NCBI GenBank assembly: GCA_028534125.1
Contig: CM052823.1
Coordinates: 27,776,001 to 27,840,000, forward strand
DNA: 64,000 nucleotides
Source: Lama glama
Taxonomy: Eukaryota
Direction of reading: 5' to 3'
Positions 37,631-50,458 of the stretch are shown here, piece after piece. Below the pieces are notes generated by a model. It was not told the origin of the DNA, did not search any database, and was given only the letters and a program-made list of their open reading frames with translations. The position numbers and the translations under genes were made by a program. Position 1 is the first letter of the stretch; every line of letters starts with the position of its first letter.

Positions 37631-38879
37631 AAAAGGCTCTCGACATGAAAACTTACAGCCTTATGGATCTTCACTGATTAACTTCCTCAGCACCACGCAT
37701 TTGCTATCAGCAGATCGACCGCGTTCCATGTTGTCTAATGCAAAAATAACACATAAAGGAAAACAGTATAGAACGTTTGAGAATCAGATGAACTTTCAGT
37801 AGCCCAAAGAGACCAGGGGACTGTTAGGATGCTGTCTGGCAGAGCTGGAAACACTGAGTCTTCAGGCCAGGGCGGAACCATGCTCTAGCAGGTATGGCAA
37901 GAGAAAGGACGCCGACCCCTGGAGTCTATTTCTGTCTTGGCCACCTTGCTAATGTTTTCACTTCTGCTAAAATGCGACGGCAAGAGTTTCGGAGAAAGGC
38001 TGCCACAGGAGAGCGGAGTACGGACAGGCAGTCAGCTGGTTAAATGTGGTAGAGCCACAGACAACACTGGGATCTGGAACAGGAGTTCACAGCTGGGACA
38101 AATTCCATTTGGGCATTTGTCTCTCCAGCTTCACTTCGACTCACAGAGAGTCGCTCTGGGTCTGGAGCAACCTTAAGCTAAATGTCAACAATATCCATGT
38201 ATTTAAACTCCCTATCAGGGCTGTCTTTGGTTTACTTAGGATCGGTGTGAGTCATTCTAGAAGTCTGCTCTTATTTTCCTACTGGAAATAATGTTTGCCT
38301 TTATTTTCAGACTGGTTACTCCATACAATGGTGATGCTAAGTAAGAAACAATGAACTGATTCTTAAACTGTTTGGTAATCAATTCATGAAGTGCATTAGT
38401 GGCTCTGCACCCTGATGGAGGCCTGTTTTACGGTGAGGATGCAGCTGGGATGGAGGTGGAAGGGGCGGAGGTGTGCTCTGGGTCTTTGAAATCATCCAGC
38501 CAATGGGCTAGGCCTGACCTCCGCAGGTTTGTGACTACTCCTGCAATCCTTTAAGGTGCATCATGATCCCTTTGAAAAGAAGGGACATGGGACCTGTGGG
38601 TGGTGGCTGTCCATTTCTACATATCTAAAGTCGCCCTGAATTCAGAATTCTGTTGCTGTAGGCAAGTCCTATGGAAGACTTCCTGCTCCCACCAAGGCCT
38701 GGAAAGGGATCGCTGCTGAGCATGCGTGCTGGCTGCTCTGGAATGGAAGGTCAGCGAGCTGCTTTCTGTCTGGTTATTTACAACACAGTTCTTTCTCATG
38801 GACTCCTCCTCCTGCCCTCCCCAGGACCACACTGAAAGGACTAAATTTGCCGGTCGCTCCAGTGAATGCAGTCAAATAA

Positions 38880-39035
38880 NNNNNNNNNNNNNNNNNNNNN
38901 NNNNNNNNNNNNNNNNNNNNNNNNNNNNNNNNNNNNNNNNNNNNNNNNNNNNNNNNNNNNNNNNNNNNNNNNNNNNNNNNNNNNNNNNNNNNNNNNNNNN
39001 NNNNNNNNNNNNNNNNNNNNNNNNNNNNNNNNNNN
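38880..39035. other. Sequence gap (156 N)
   Basis: Run of N. Confidence 0.99.
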
Positions 39036-42000
39036 AAATAAAAAGAAACCTCATGAAATGGTCATTTGTTGGGAGAACAGAGGTTAAAAAAAAATCTGCA
39101 TTTCACATGTAGCGTCATTTAGGAAAAGTCTTATTAAAGGTTTCCTATCTCTCCAGGAGAGCAAGCACAGGAACGCAAACAAAAATCCCTCAAAATGATC
39201 TGCCAGTTATTAGCGCTGGTTTCTTGTGGGTTTTGCTGTATTCCACAGACACAGCCAGAGACCATGGGCCGAGGGGCTGGGACGGTGACTCAGCACGCTC
39301 AGGACCGGAGGCCGGAGATGAGATGTTACTACTGTTTATAATCAGGCAAACAAACCAGTATAACTCAGCCCTTCCCCCCCACCTGCCCTTCCCTTAGCGC
39401 CCTACTACTTAAAGGAAAAGCACCTAGAACCATGCCTTATTGGGAATTTTTAATAAACGCTCTTTGATGAGGGTAAAAACTGAAGAGCAATTTATAAGCT
39501 AGGGGAGGAAAACTAACTTACTGAGTACCCACTGGGTGCCAGACACAGAGCTCAGTGACTTATTTCCATAACCTCCTTCAGTCCCCGTTACAATGCTGCG
39601 AGGTACGTGGCATTATTCTTCCACTTTAAGGATAAATGTTTCTTAGTAACATGCCTAGCGGGCAGCAAGCAGCTACACCTATGTGACTCCAGAATCGCTC
39701 TTTCAATCAGATACACCAGGTGCCAGCAGGGCACAAGGAAACTACTGGAGCGTCCTATCTCTTGCTGTAAGAAATGAAATAGGTAGTACTGGAAAGAGCA
39801 CAGTGGCCACTCACCAGGCCTATGTCCACTTTGCACATTTCCGATTCCAGGTAAGTTCCTTCTCTAGACAACTAGTATTCCTGCCCATTTCACCAGGGAG
39901 GGAAGCCTGGGGCCAAGAGGCGTAGGGAGTTGCTTACACCAGTGAACAGAAGAGCCACTAGACCATAACATGGCTTTGATTCTTACCCGTGGCAAGAGAG
40001 AGCTTGTTAATAGGGAAGAATTCTTTATAAAATCTCCTCTGAACCTTCTTACCATCCAGTGATAAGGTCGGTATTACATCTCTTTCCATATCGGAGAGGA
40101 AACGTGAGTAGCCTAAAGTTGACAGCATAACAATGGACCCAGACTCAGGTCTACTGACTCCAGATCCCATGCTCTTTATACTCCTTGATCCTATTGGGGA
40201 GTGCGCCTGGCACAGAGAGGCAGATTGATGGTAAAGGAGTAACAACCATGAGACAGCTGGGTCTCAAAGTCTTTCTGAGACAGGCACGAGGTGCTCGTGA
40301 AGTTGTGATGTCCAATGCAACAGGTTCTTGGTTTCACTTCTTTTCTCTACAGAGGTGGCCATCAACAGTGCTAGACCCTCTATGCTCTCTTTGAGGGCAG
40401 TCCCCCATTACTAATGTGAGGCTCACTGTAAGTGCTGGTTGTGGTTTATGAGAAGCGGTCCCGTTCATTAAGCCGAGGAGATCCCAAGAGAGGACAGTGG
40501 AAGCAAGAAGCAAGAGAAAGCCGTATTTGGAACTAGGTAAGCTCAGGGCAAAACTGCAAGATTAAGGAATAAAGAATATAATTAGGGCTTCTCACCCCAA
40601 GCCTTCCCAAACAGTCAGCGTGGAACCCCTCCCAGACCTCCTTTCTCTAGCCTGTGCCACCTTGAAGGGCTTAGAGACCCAAAACTCCATCCCTGTGCCA
40701 TCTACCACTGCTCATAAATCTATGCAGTCCTGTCTCCCCTCTTTCCAATGAACTAAATCTTAAATAAGCCTAAGGTGACTTTTGCTACAGATCTTTATGT
40801 CAAAAGGTAGGGTCCCTAGTGACATACCAATTGCTCTAAAGCATTGACTCTGAAGTGGTACAGGTGGTTCTTGAATCTCCAAGTTCCATGTTAATTCCTC
40901 TATACCTTCTTCTCCTCCCTCTTCTGAAAGAGGAAATCTGGCTCTCCACCTGACTGATGGATTCCCCTACAGATAGGGCTGAAGCATAGGTGAAATATAA
41001 GCTGAGTAGCTGACAAAATAAGATTAATCAAGTCATTTATTTAATTATTAAATTTTAAAATGTTAATAAAAGTGATTTTATACAGTTGTTTTAACTATGA
41101 TCAAAACAAAGCAAAGATCAGATTGATATTTTCCTGTTAGAAAGAAGTAACATGAGTATGTGAACAAACTATAACGAAAGGGAGCAAGTAAATACTCCTC
41201 GTCATATGAAGGATGAAAAGAGAGAGCCACGGGCATCTAGAAGGTGGGGAGGGAGGACTCCTCACTGGGGGACTCAGGGAAAGTGAGATTTGATCTGGAC
41301 CTTGAAAGAAGGGCACCACCTGGTCACTGAAAGTTATGTGAAAGGTCATTCCAAAGGGCAGAAAAGGCCCCAATATTGTAAGAATTTGGATCTGCAGAGT
41401 ATTTCAGAGGAGGCCCTTAAACTCTGGAATACTAAAAGTCACTTAAAAGGTAATCAGTCTACATCTTTCTACAATAACAGACCAGACATTTATATCAGAA
41501 ATTCATCTGTCTTTAATAGGAGGTCTTCGAAACAGGCCCCCCAGCCAAGAGACCAAGCTCCTCTTCAGGGAGCTTCTCATGGTTGCATATCCTGACCTTT
41601 CAGGTAGGAGATGCAAGGTGTCCCCACAGTCCCATCCTGCCACTGAAGCTGGTTCCTCCAGGACAGGTTCTTACAGTAAAAACATAATACAGTTTGTCAG
41701 TTGAGAGAGTCAAGGGCGTGTGTGCGCGCACACATTAATGTTTCAAAATGTAGAGCTAAGTTTCAAACTGTATTTAGAAGCTAAATGCTGCTAAAACACA
41801 TCAAAGGGTGTCAGGCCCCCTTACAGAGGAAAGGAAAAGCCCTAATTCATATGCAACAGGGTTTAGGAAAAATCTTTATGAAAGACTTCTTAGCAAACTA
41901 GTGGAGTAGTAACTAAAACAAAACAACAACCCAAAGTCCTCAGATGACTGTGTGTCATCAGAGTCCATCGTGGTAGTTTCCCTCCAGTTCCCTCAGGCAG

Positions 42001-42359
42001 AGGAGACCCCCGTGACATTTCAGAGTTGTCCTGCCCAGGAGAAAGAAGGCACTATGAGCCAAAGCAGAGTCCTCTGATTTGTTCCAGTTCTTAAAAACAA
42101 AAAAAAAATCTATTTTGTTACCTGCCAGTTACTTTTCAACATGATTAACCAGAAAGTTTCCCACTTTTCTGTTTATGTTTTCTAAGCCAACAATCTAAGG
42201 TTCAAATTAAAACATTAATCAATGCAACATACAAACATATTGCTTTCATGTAAATTTAGTCAGTTATTTGGTAGCACATGGGGGTCATAGAGGAGTCCCC
42301 CAACCCCAACCCAGAGTTGGAAACAAGGAGAATGAGATGACCCTCTAGGATTAAACTAG

Positions 42360-43030
42360 GTAATCAGCACTTAGTGGCTCAAAGAAGAATCACATAATGA
42401 AGGTCAGGCTCTGTGCCCCATAAAATAATGGATCTAGGAAATAATCATCAACAGATGATCATTAGGTGAAACGTTAGGTGAAAAGTTGACAGGGAACTTG
42501 GCAGTGGAATGATCAGGCTACCATCAACTGAACCCAATGATCAACTGAATCGCCATTAAAGGTGGTAACAAGCAGACAGTATTGCCTTATGACATGATAA
42601 AATAGGAAGCACACAGCACCACTTGTAGAATATCTTTGCCCCCCAAAATCTAAATCCTAATCTACTAAGCACTAGTTTATGGGATATGAAAGAACAAGTT
42701 AAACTACACCATGAGGAAGCCATCAGCCAATCACTGAAATGTGCGACATTCTACATCCAATATCTCTAATGAATCAATGTCACAAATAAAGTGGGGCAGA
42801 GGTATGGTGGCAGAGTGCAGGCATGTTGAGGTTATGGATTAAAAGAAAAGGAATATAATAATCAAATACAATTGGTGGACCTTAGATCCTTATTCAAACT
42901 AACCAACTACAAAGGGACATCTTTGAGACAGTCAGGGGAATTTGAATACAGGCTGGGTAATAGAGGGTATGAATGAATTGTTCATTTTTCTAGGGGTGGT
43001 GGTTATAGTTTCAAATGCCCTTATCAATTT
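42360..43030 (+). mobile_element. Old L1 (L1MC/MD-type) 3' UTR fragment
   Basis: 'aatggatctagg..atcatcaacagatg..gaagcacacagcaccacttg..gaacaagttaaactacaccatgaggaagc..catctttgagacagtcaggggaatttgaatacaggctgg'. Confidence 0.75.
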
Positions 43031-43586
43031 AAAGAGGGAGGGTGGGTGGGGAAATACGTTCCAGAGACAAAATTAAAAATACATAAAGGGAGGGAGGGAG
43101 GGGAGGAGGAAGGAAGGAAAGAAACACGATCATGGTACATTGAGCACTTTTAAAGTGCCCTTACATGTAGCAGCTCATTCAATCCTCACAAACCCCTGTG
43201 GTGTAAAAACACTCTCCTTTTATTTCCATTTATTTATTTATAACAGTGGAGAATGAGACACAGTGAGGTGAAAGAATTTGGCCGTGGTCACATAGCAAGA
43301 TGAAGCATGGACTCACATCTAGGCCACATAGTTAGCGGGTCTGGCTGAGGTCAAGCGTCCTGCTGACACTCACACTGCAAAGGAAGACCAGAGCTGGGAA
43401 GAGGCATCTCTCATACAAGCCACTGAAAGCCAAGGGAACCCTGGGGATATCACGACCTCCCCAAGCCACAGGTACTGAATGAGCTGACTCAATACTCAAG
43501 TTATATAAAGTGCCCCCAGTGCTCACCTGGTGGAGCAGAGGCCCTGTGGCAACTCAATCCAAACATTTTAAAGTAACCCCTGAGGT

Positions 43587-43689
43587 GGGGGAGGGGGTGT
43601 ATAGCTCAGCGGTAAAAGGCACGCTTAGCATGCACAGCATGCACGAGGTCCTGGGTTCAATCCTCAGTACCTCTGTTAAAAAAAAAAAA
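43587..43689 (+). mobile_element. Camelid tRNA-derived SINE (Vic-1 type) with a 9-bp internal tandem duplication
   Basis: GGGGGAGGGGGTGTATAGCTCAGCGGTAAAAGGCACGCTTAGCATGCAC-AGCATGCAC-GAGGTCCTGGGTTCAATCCTCAGTACCTCTGTT followed by A12. Confidence 0.92.
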
Positions 43690-43899
43690 GGAACAAACCC
43701 TGAAATCACAATTGATTACAGGACAAAGAAAGAAGTATAGAATATAAAAATTGTCCTCTGTTCCATTTTTAAGTTGAAACTAGTACCTCACAAAGATAAC
43801 AGGCATTTGCTTCACATTTCTTGGAGGAGGGGAATGCAAAGAAAATGGTGCCATCAATTTAGGAGGGTCCCAAGGTTCTAACAATAGTGTTCCTTTCTC

Positions 43900-44390
43900 A
43901 AACCTACCATTTATTGAGCAGTTATTTTGCACAAGCAGTGAGGCTAACTTCACACACAGTATCATCACCGTCCTTCAAATAGCTCAAGTCAATGGAGCCC
44001 TTACTGTGAACTTCACGTGGATTAACTCCTTTCATCCTGACCACTATCCTATGAGGTAGGCCAGAGTATTACATCCATTTGACAGGTGAAGAGAGCGAGC
44101 TTTGAGGGTTTACAAAAATTGCACAAGGTATTGGGAGAGCCAGAACTTGACGGCAAAGCTCAGACCCCAGATCTGCTGGAACGCAAAGCCTTTGCCTCTT
44201 AACCATCATGTCATGTCTCTTCTGATCTGTACAACACACCTCCAAGGTTAATGCTACACTCCTCATTTTACAGATGGGAAAACTGAGGCTTGGAGAGGTT
44301 AAATCACTTGCTGAAGTGGCAACATAAGTGGCAAAACTCGGGTTCAAATCCAGGATCATTTGACACCAGAGCCCAAGCTCATCACGACAC
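43900..44390 (-). mobile_element. Cluster of MIR SINE fragments
   Basis: Repeated reverse-strand MIR cores, e.g. 'ctcattttacagatgggaaaactgaggcttggagaggttaaatcacttgctgaag'. Confidence 0.8.
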
Positions 44391-45924
44391 TACATTATTA
44401 CTCCTTTCACTGGAATGTCGGCTCATTCATTCAAGGCATATGTATCAAGGGTTTAACTATACACCAGGCACTCAGGATGCAGTGTGAACAAAACAGCTAG
44501 AAATCCTTGCCCCTGTGGAGTTCACATTCTGGCAATGAGACGCAGAAAATAAACACAGTAAGAGGTAAGTGATTTAGCACGTCAAAAAGTGATCATTTCT
44601 ATGGGAGACAAACTAGAATAAAAAGGATTTAGTAAAAGGTGTGGGAAAAGGTTGTGATTGTTAGCAGAGTGGGCGAGAGAGGCTTCATGGAAAAGGAGAA
44701 CTATGGACTTGAAGGGGATGAGGGCAGCAGGCATGTGGATATCAGTCAGTTCTCTATCTCCTCACTAGAAATCTTTAAAGAGAAATCCTCTACCCTTTCA
44801 CATCTTACCTCATGTGAAAATATCAAAGAAGCAGAAACCTTAAAAGGCCAAGGACCTTTGTTTTGCCCCCTAACTTGCCGAAGATGCACAGTGCAAAGTG
44901 ACAAGAAAACATGCACACAGCTCACCCATTGTTACAGATGGAAGCGATAAGGCTGAGTGGCTGTGCATAGGCTGGGGGCAAAAGTGGGGGCTAGACATTT
45001 TACCTACCAAGAATTAGCTCCCAAAGTGAGCGGCTTCCCCTGGCAATCTGGGTGATGTCTTTGTCAAGCTCTCGGTCTACGGAGGTCAGCGTTATACAAC
45101 TATTCCCATAAAACCGCTCTGCCCAGCAGCCAAAGACTAGCTGAACCCCTGCGACCTAAATGTGATGTCTCCAGAGAAACCAACGAGACAAGCCACATTA
45201 CCCTTTCCATGAGTACACAAAGCCTAGAACGTTCCGTCATGGGAGCTAATTACATGGCTAGGGTCACCTGGGAGTTCAGCCTATGTCTGTGGGAAGTTAC
45301 AGAGATGATCTATTAATCCAAATAAAAAAGAATTCCTCTAGTAGGAAAATCCTAAGACACCATGCTTCTATTCCAGAATTTCTAGTAAGAAAGAGTAAAA
45401 TGGAGGCACTAAATTTTGGTATTTGGCCTCCTGTGTGAATGGTTGAACCACCTTCCCCTTCCGGTTCACAAGCACTTTTCTTTGGCCAAATCTGGGGATA
45501 CAGTAATACGCATCCTGTATCATCTCCCACACTGGGCGAGGTCACAGGGCATCTAGCAAGCAGGGGAAATGAAGAAGCAGTTTGGTAATGGAAGTTAGGA
45601 CTGAAAAGTTATTACCAGCCTTAAAGTTAGTAAAGTCTTACAGACTCTTTGAAATTTATTTCTCATTTTGATTTCCTTGTTGACCAATGGAAAAAGAGAG
45701 TAGTTCTCTAACAGCTGTTCCAACTGGCAGCTGCGCGTGACCAGAAGCTTCAGATCAAGTGAGCAGCTAAACCCAGGGCCCTGATCCAAGACCTGTGCTC
45801 CAGGCATGAGATCACACTGCCTTTTATGATGCAGGTTCTGCAAAATAAAAGAGAGAGAAACACAGAGCAAGAGAAGGAAGAGCCGAGAGAGGGAAATAAC
45901 TTCGGATTCTACCCTCACCAAGTC

Positions 45925-46460
45925 CCAGGTTCACTGAACACCGCTGGGTGGTGGGCATTGTTCTAGGAGTGGTAACGGAGAGCAGGACTAATGCAGCCTT
46001 CGTCTGCCTTGTGGACAGAGTGCACACACTAGTCAGGGTCCAACAGCACACAGGGAAACCGGGAGACCAGCCAGGCAATTTCAGATATGATGGGAATAAA
46101 CTCTTGTGTGTGGGGCTACTGACGGCTGGTCAGGAAGGCCTGCCTGAGAGAGGGCATCTAGGCTGAGATCTGAGTGACCACTCTGGGGTGGCACAGAATT
46201 CAGGGTGCAGAGCCCCAGGCAGACGAGATGAGCGTGAAGGTCCAGAGGCAGAAACACGCTTAGGGTGCTCTGAGAAACCAAAGAAGACCTGTGGCTGGTG
46301 AGTGAGGGAGGAGAGAGGTCAGACAGGTGGACAAGGCTGACTCGGGTGGTATCTTAGAGGCCAGCACAAAGGCTTTGGGCTTGGACTTAAGGGTAGTGGG
46401 AGGCCACTGGTGGGTTTTAAGTAGGAGACTGACACGATCTGGTTTATGTTTTAAAGTATG
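45925..46460 (-). mobile_element. L2 LINE 3' region
   Basis: 'ggtcaggaaggcctgcctgagagagggcatctaggctgagatctg..ggaggccactggtgggttttaagtaggagactgacacgatctggtttatgttttaaa'. Confidence 0.8.
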
Positions 46461-46570
46461 CTGATTCTGAGGAATTAACTCCAACATTCAAACCCCTCCT
46501 TATGAAGTTATATATTTTGTGTTCTGTAAAGCCTACTTAAAATATTCATGGGGGTTCAATCCTCTTGTGA

Positions 46571-46642
46571 GGGAGGGAGGGAGGGAGGAAGGAAGGAAGG
46601 AAGGAAGGAAGGAAGGAAGGAAGGAAGGAAGGAAGGAAGGAA
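46571..46642 (+). repeat. (GGGA)4(GGAA)14 compound microsatellite
   Basis: Read directly from the sequence. Confidence 0.97.
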
Positions 46643-48539
46643 AAATATCCATTTAGCCACCTCTTTTCCAGGCTGTTAAGAGTTGAGAGAGGTGTAGGGA
46701 CTGAAACACAAGATCTCAAAAAACGCAGCGCAGGAGGAGAAAGACCCATTAAGGGTCTAGATCGGAGCCAGGGGAGTGTTCTCACAGCCCCATCTTCTAG
46801 GGGGGCCAGAAGGTGAGACCTGAGGGGAGAAGGTATCTGATGACATTGTTCCAGAAGAACCTCAGCAGCAGCAACAGCGCCGAAGCAGAACGTCCGTAGC
46901 TGGAAACACTTTCAAAGATTCCAGTTCATCCAAGGCAGGATGTGGTCCCACGCTATCAGCCAGCAAGTCCATATTACAGCTTTACCAAATGCAGGGTAGG
47001 AACAGAAAAAGATGAAAAAGTGAATATTGTGTAAATTACAGATGCAGTGTGCCTTTGAGGATTTGAAAGTCTCCTAGGGAAGACTGGAGAGAAGAGGTGG
47101 TACTGAGCTACCTTCGCATGTATGTAGATATTTAAAGGCAGAGCTCAAACCCAGGTCTTTGGATTCCTGGTTCATCACTGTCTCAGGTGAACAAACTCAC
47201 AAGGCCCACAGTTTATCGCTGTCATTGTAATGAGATGTGATCAGACATTCTGCCAGAATCTGTCACTCCTCCTGCTATTGCCCCCAAGAAGACAAAGGTC
47301 ATCCATCAACAGCCACTTGGCCAAACCCACTTCAGCAAATTCAATCTCTTCCAACCCACCATCAGTTTCGCTTCCCTCTGGGGAAGCTACAAAATGTACG
47401 CGGAGGAAGTGAGAGTGACCAGCTGGTGATCATTCGTCTTTTTCGAAAACGCACAATCTACCCATGATATATGTGCGTACACGGAGGCAAACGGCAGAAT
47501 GAGGTGTGCGGCTGTGAGTGAGGGTGTGTGCCCACGCACACATACGCATTCTGACGGCTCATCCAAAAAAATATGCAAGACCTGAATATTTCTACAGTGT
47601 CTAAAGTGATATCTCCCAGGGAGGGAAGATAAAACTGGCCTGGTTTCTCCCACCAGCAGGGAGTGTAGTTCTCTCCTTGCTGCCCAAGGAGAAATGTTAG
47701 AACCCAATCAGAGGATTTATCGTATGTGTTAGTCTCTACTCTCACTCAAACAATTTCAATAAAAATGGCATTTAGGTCACTTGTTTAAAACAACAGTGAT
47801 TTATAGCAGCAGCTGACAGTCTGCACTGAAGCCTCTGGCATGTGACTTGACGTCTGAAACGTTCAGTTTTATCTGTGTAAAACGGGAACTGTGAAACTGA
47901 CACGCCTCGGAGTCAGGGCAGTGGGAGGGCGCGCATGGAATAAACGGTTTCATTTACTATGATGAAGCACTGTGAAAACAGCAAAAACATGAATATTTTA
48001 ATACTATATTCATAATTTATGCCCAACGTAATAAGTATGATTAATCTGATGTTAACTAAGATACAGCAGCTGAATAGATTATAATCCTATTATCAACTAG
48101 AGAGACATGAGATTGACTTCTAGGCCGATGGGCCAACTATTTTAAAGACAACTCCTGTACGACTGTGGGGAGGACTGTCCTTCGTGTACACACACCACAG
48201 GAGCTCTGGCATGGAAATCCCTCTATAAAATGGCTCATATCTAGAAGTGCCACCCTTTTCATTAACATTAATATTTGCTAAATAATCCGTCAAATCCTTA
48301 AATACTTAATTGTCATCCATTATCTCCTTGGATTTTTACAGCAACCTTCTGAGGTGGAGAGAAAAGTTGTTATTATGCTTATTAATACAATGAAGCTAAG
48401 GCTCAGAGAAGTTACTGGAATTGCACTTTCTAAAGGAGGCAGGATTCTAATCCGAAATTTTGACAATGTCCAACAGACATCATTTCTGCAAAATATCATC
48501 ATTAACCAGCAAAATATAAATGAGAGTTAAATTTTAGCA

Positions 48540-48705
48540 GAACTATAGCATCAGAAGGCAAATCAGCATTTGCCTGAGGCCTGGGGAGGGGACTGATGGC
48601 CAGGGAACATGAGGGAATTCTGGGGGGTGATGGAAATGTGGATATTAGGTGTACATATTTGCCAAAACTCACCAAACTATACATTTTATTGTATGGAAAT
48701 AAAAA
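48540..48705 (+). mobile_element. Old L1M (ME/MB-type) 3' end fragment
   Basis: 'catgagggaattctggggggtgatggaaatgt..ggtgtacatatttgccaaaactcaccaaactatac..ttttattgtatg'. Confidence 0.75.
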
Positions 48706-49379
48706 TTTTTAGATTGGATGCTAATATAATCTCTCAATTTTACTTTCCATCAACAAGAGAAATTATTGCTCCTTATTATTCTCTTTCTACTGCCTTTATC
48801 CAGAAGACTAATTATCTCCTTTGAACCTTCTAGGGGTAAACATGCTCTCTTTGTCATCACGTCTTTGAGGTTAAATGCAATGACATTCTAGGTTTGCATA
48901 GGGGAATTTTTTTTGTATAACACCACATGTATTTGTCTTACCTTGGTTGCCTAAATTGAGGTATGTTTTTAATATCTGTGGTTGTCACCGCGTTACTATG
49001 ATTAGGGCTACTCTGGGGATCTGAATCAGCTGGACTGTTCACATTCAGAGCTCAAAACTAAAAGAGCAAACATTTCCAAAGAGCAAAAAAAAGTAATGTC
49101 TTTCCTGAGAGCACAATATATTTCCCCTTTCCAAACTGTCTTTACGCCTCTAAAGAGCATACAGGGTCACCGGAGACAACACATGGAGGCCAACTCGTAA
49201 GTCTGCTTCTCAGGCTAAGAGTAATGGAGTGAGAACTCAAGGCTTTGGTCTCCTGCTTTGGAGCTGATTCGGAATGCTGATTCTGTATTCCAAGAAGCTG
49301 GGTCCTCTATCTCTGCAGCTCTGCGCGATACCTAGAACTACATACATAAATGGTGTGCTGATGTTTTTGATAAAACAGT

Positions 49380-49565
49380 AACCTTTACATATTCTCACAG
49401 CACTTTACAAAGTGCTTTCATACTTGTTAGTGCGCTTGAGGCAACAACCTTGTGAGGTCGGGGCTATTATTAATCCTATTTCATAGAGATATCAAAGTCA
49501 CCAGAAATATAGGCAATTTGTCACAAGACACTCAGCTGTTAAGTGGTGGAGTCAGAATTTTGTTT
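49380..49565 (-). mobile_element. MIR SINE
   Basis: 'agcactttacaaagtgctttcata..caacaaccttgtgaggtcggggctattattaatcctatttcatagag'. Confidence 0.7.
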
Positions 49566-50335
49566 CATAGCCTGTCCTCTACTGGTCTCTACATGGTCTC
49601 TGATAACTTCACTTAGATCAAAAAGCCATCGAAAAGCCATCCCCCTCCCAGAGAAGGAAGTATCTAACACCTATGTCCAAGAGTGCAAACACTGATCACT
49701 TTGCTAGATGAGGACTTCCTCACAAGTAGGGAGAGAGATAAAGCACACACGTGATGAGAGCATCCATCCACCATCTACAAACCCAGGACAGATGCTTTAT
49801 CCCACCTGGTGGCATTACATCTCACTCACTGTGCATTTGCAACATCAATATATTTATAATCCATATTTGCTGAGTATAATCATATTCATCCCTCAGAACA
49901 CAGCCGTCCACTCCCTCCTCTAGGAGAACTTCCCTGATCTTTCAGAGGGCGCTGTTTTCTTTCTCTGTGCTACTTGATTCACGCCAATAGAATAGCATTT
50001 ACTATCTTATACTACATAGTTAATTATTTTCATACCAGTCTGTCCCACTGGTCTGGGAACACCCTAAAAACAAGGACCATGTCTCATTCATCTCTGTGCC
50101 ACTGGCACAGCACCTGATTACATGGCAGATCCCAAGGAAAGGACTGCTGAAGACTCACTATGGGACCTAACAAGTATTTGTCATATTCTGAGCTATAAAG
50201 AGGTGATAAATCTTAAGAGACCAAATTTTATTAAGGCCAAATCACTGTCCCAAAGACACAGTAACTCTACCATTAAAATCCTACCTCCAAATCCAGTTTA
50301 GGGATTCTGTTTTAATCACTGATAAAAGTTATCAT

Positions 50336-50458
50336 GGGGGAGGAAGGTACAGCTGAAGTGGTAGAGCACATGCTTAGCATGCACAAGCTCCTGCGTTCAA
50401 TCCTCTAAAACTAAATAAAGAAATAAATAGACCTAATCCCCCTTCCCTCCCCCCCCCC
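50336..50458 (+). mobile_element. Camelid tRNA-derived SINE (Vic-1 type) with 12-bp TSD
   Basis: GGTACAGCTGAAGTGGTAGAGCACATGCTTAGCATGCACAAGCTCCTGCGTTCAATCC..AAATAAA..ACCTAATCCCCC. TSD AAAAGTTATCAT at 50324-50335 and 50459-50470, at an L1-endonuclease-like T/AAAA site. Confidence 0.92.

Noticed and set aside
43590-43672. tRNA-like sequence (also at 6709-6780 and 50340-50405)
   Set aside because: These are SINE heads: A-rich tails, TSDs in two cases, and no intact cloverleaf or acceptor stem.
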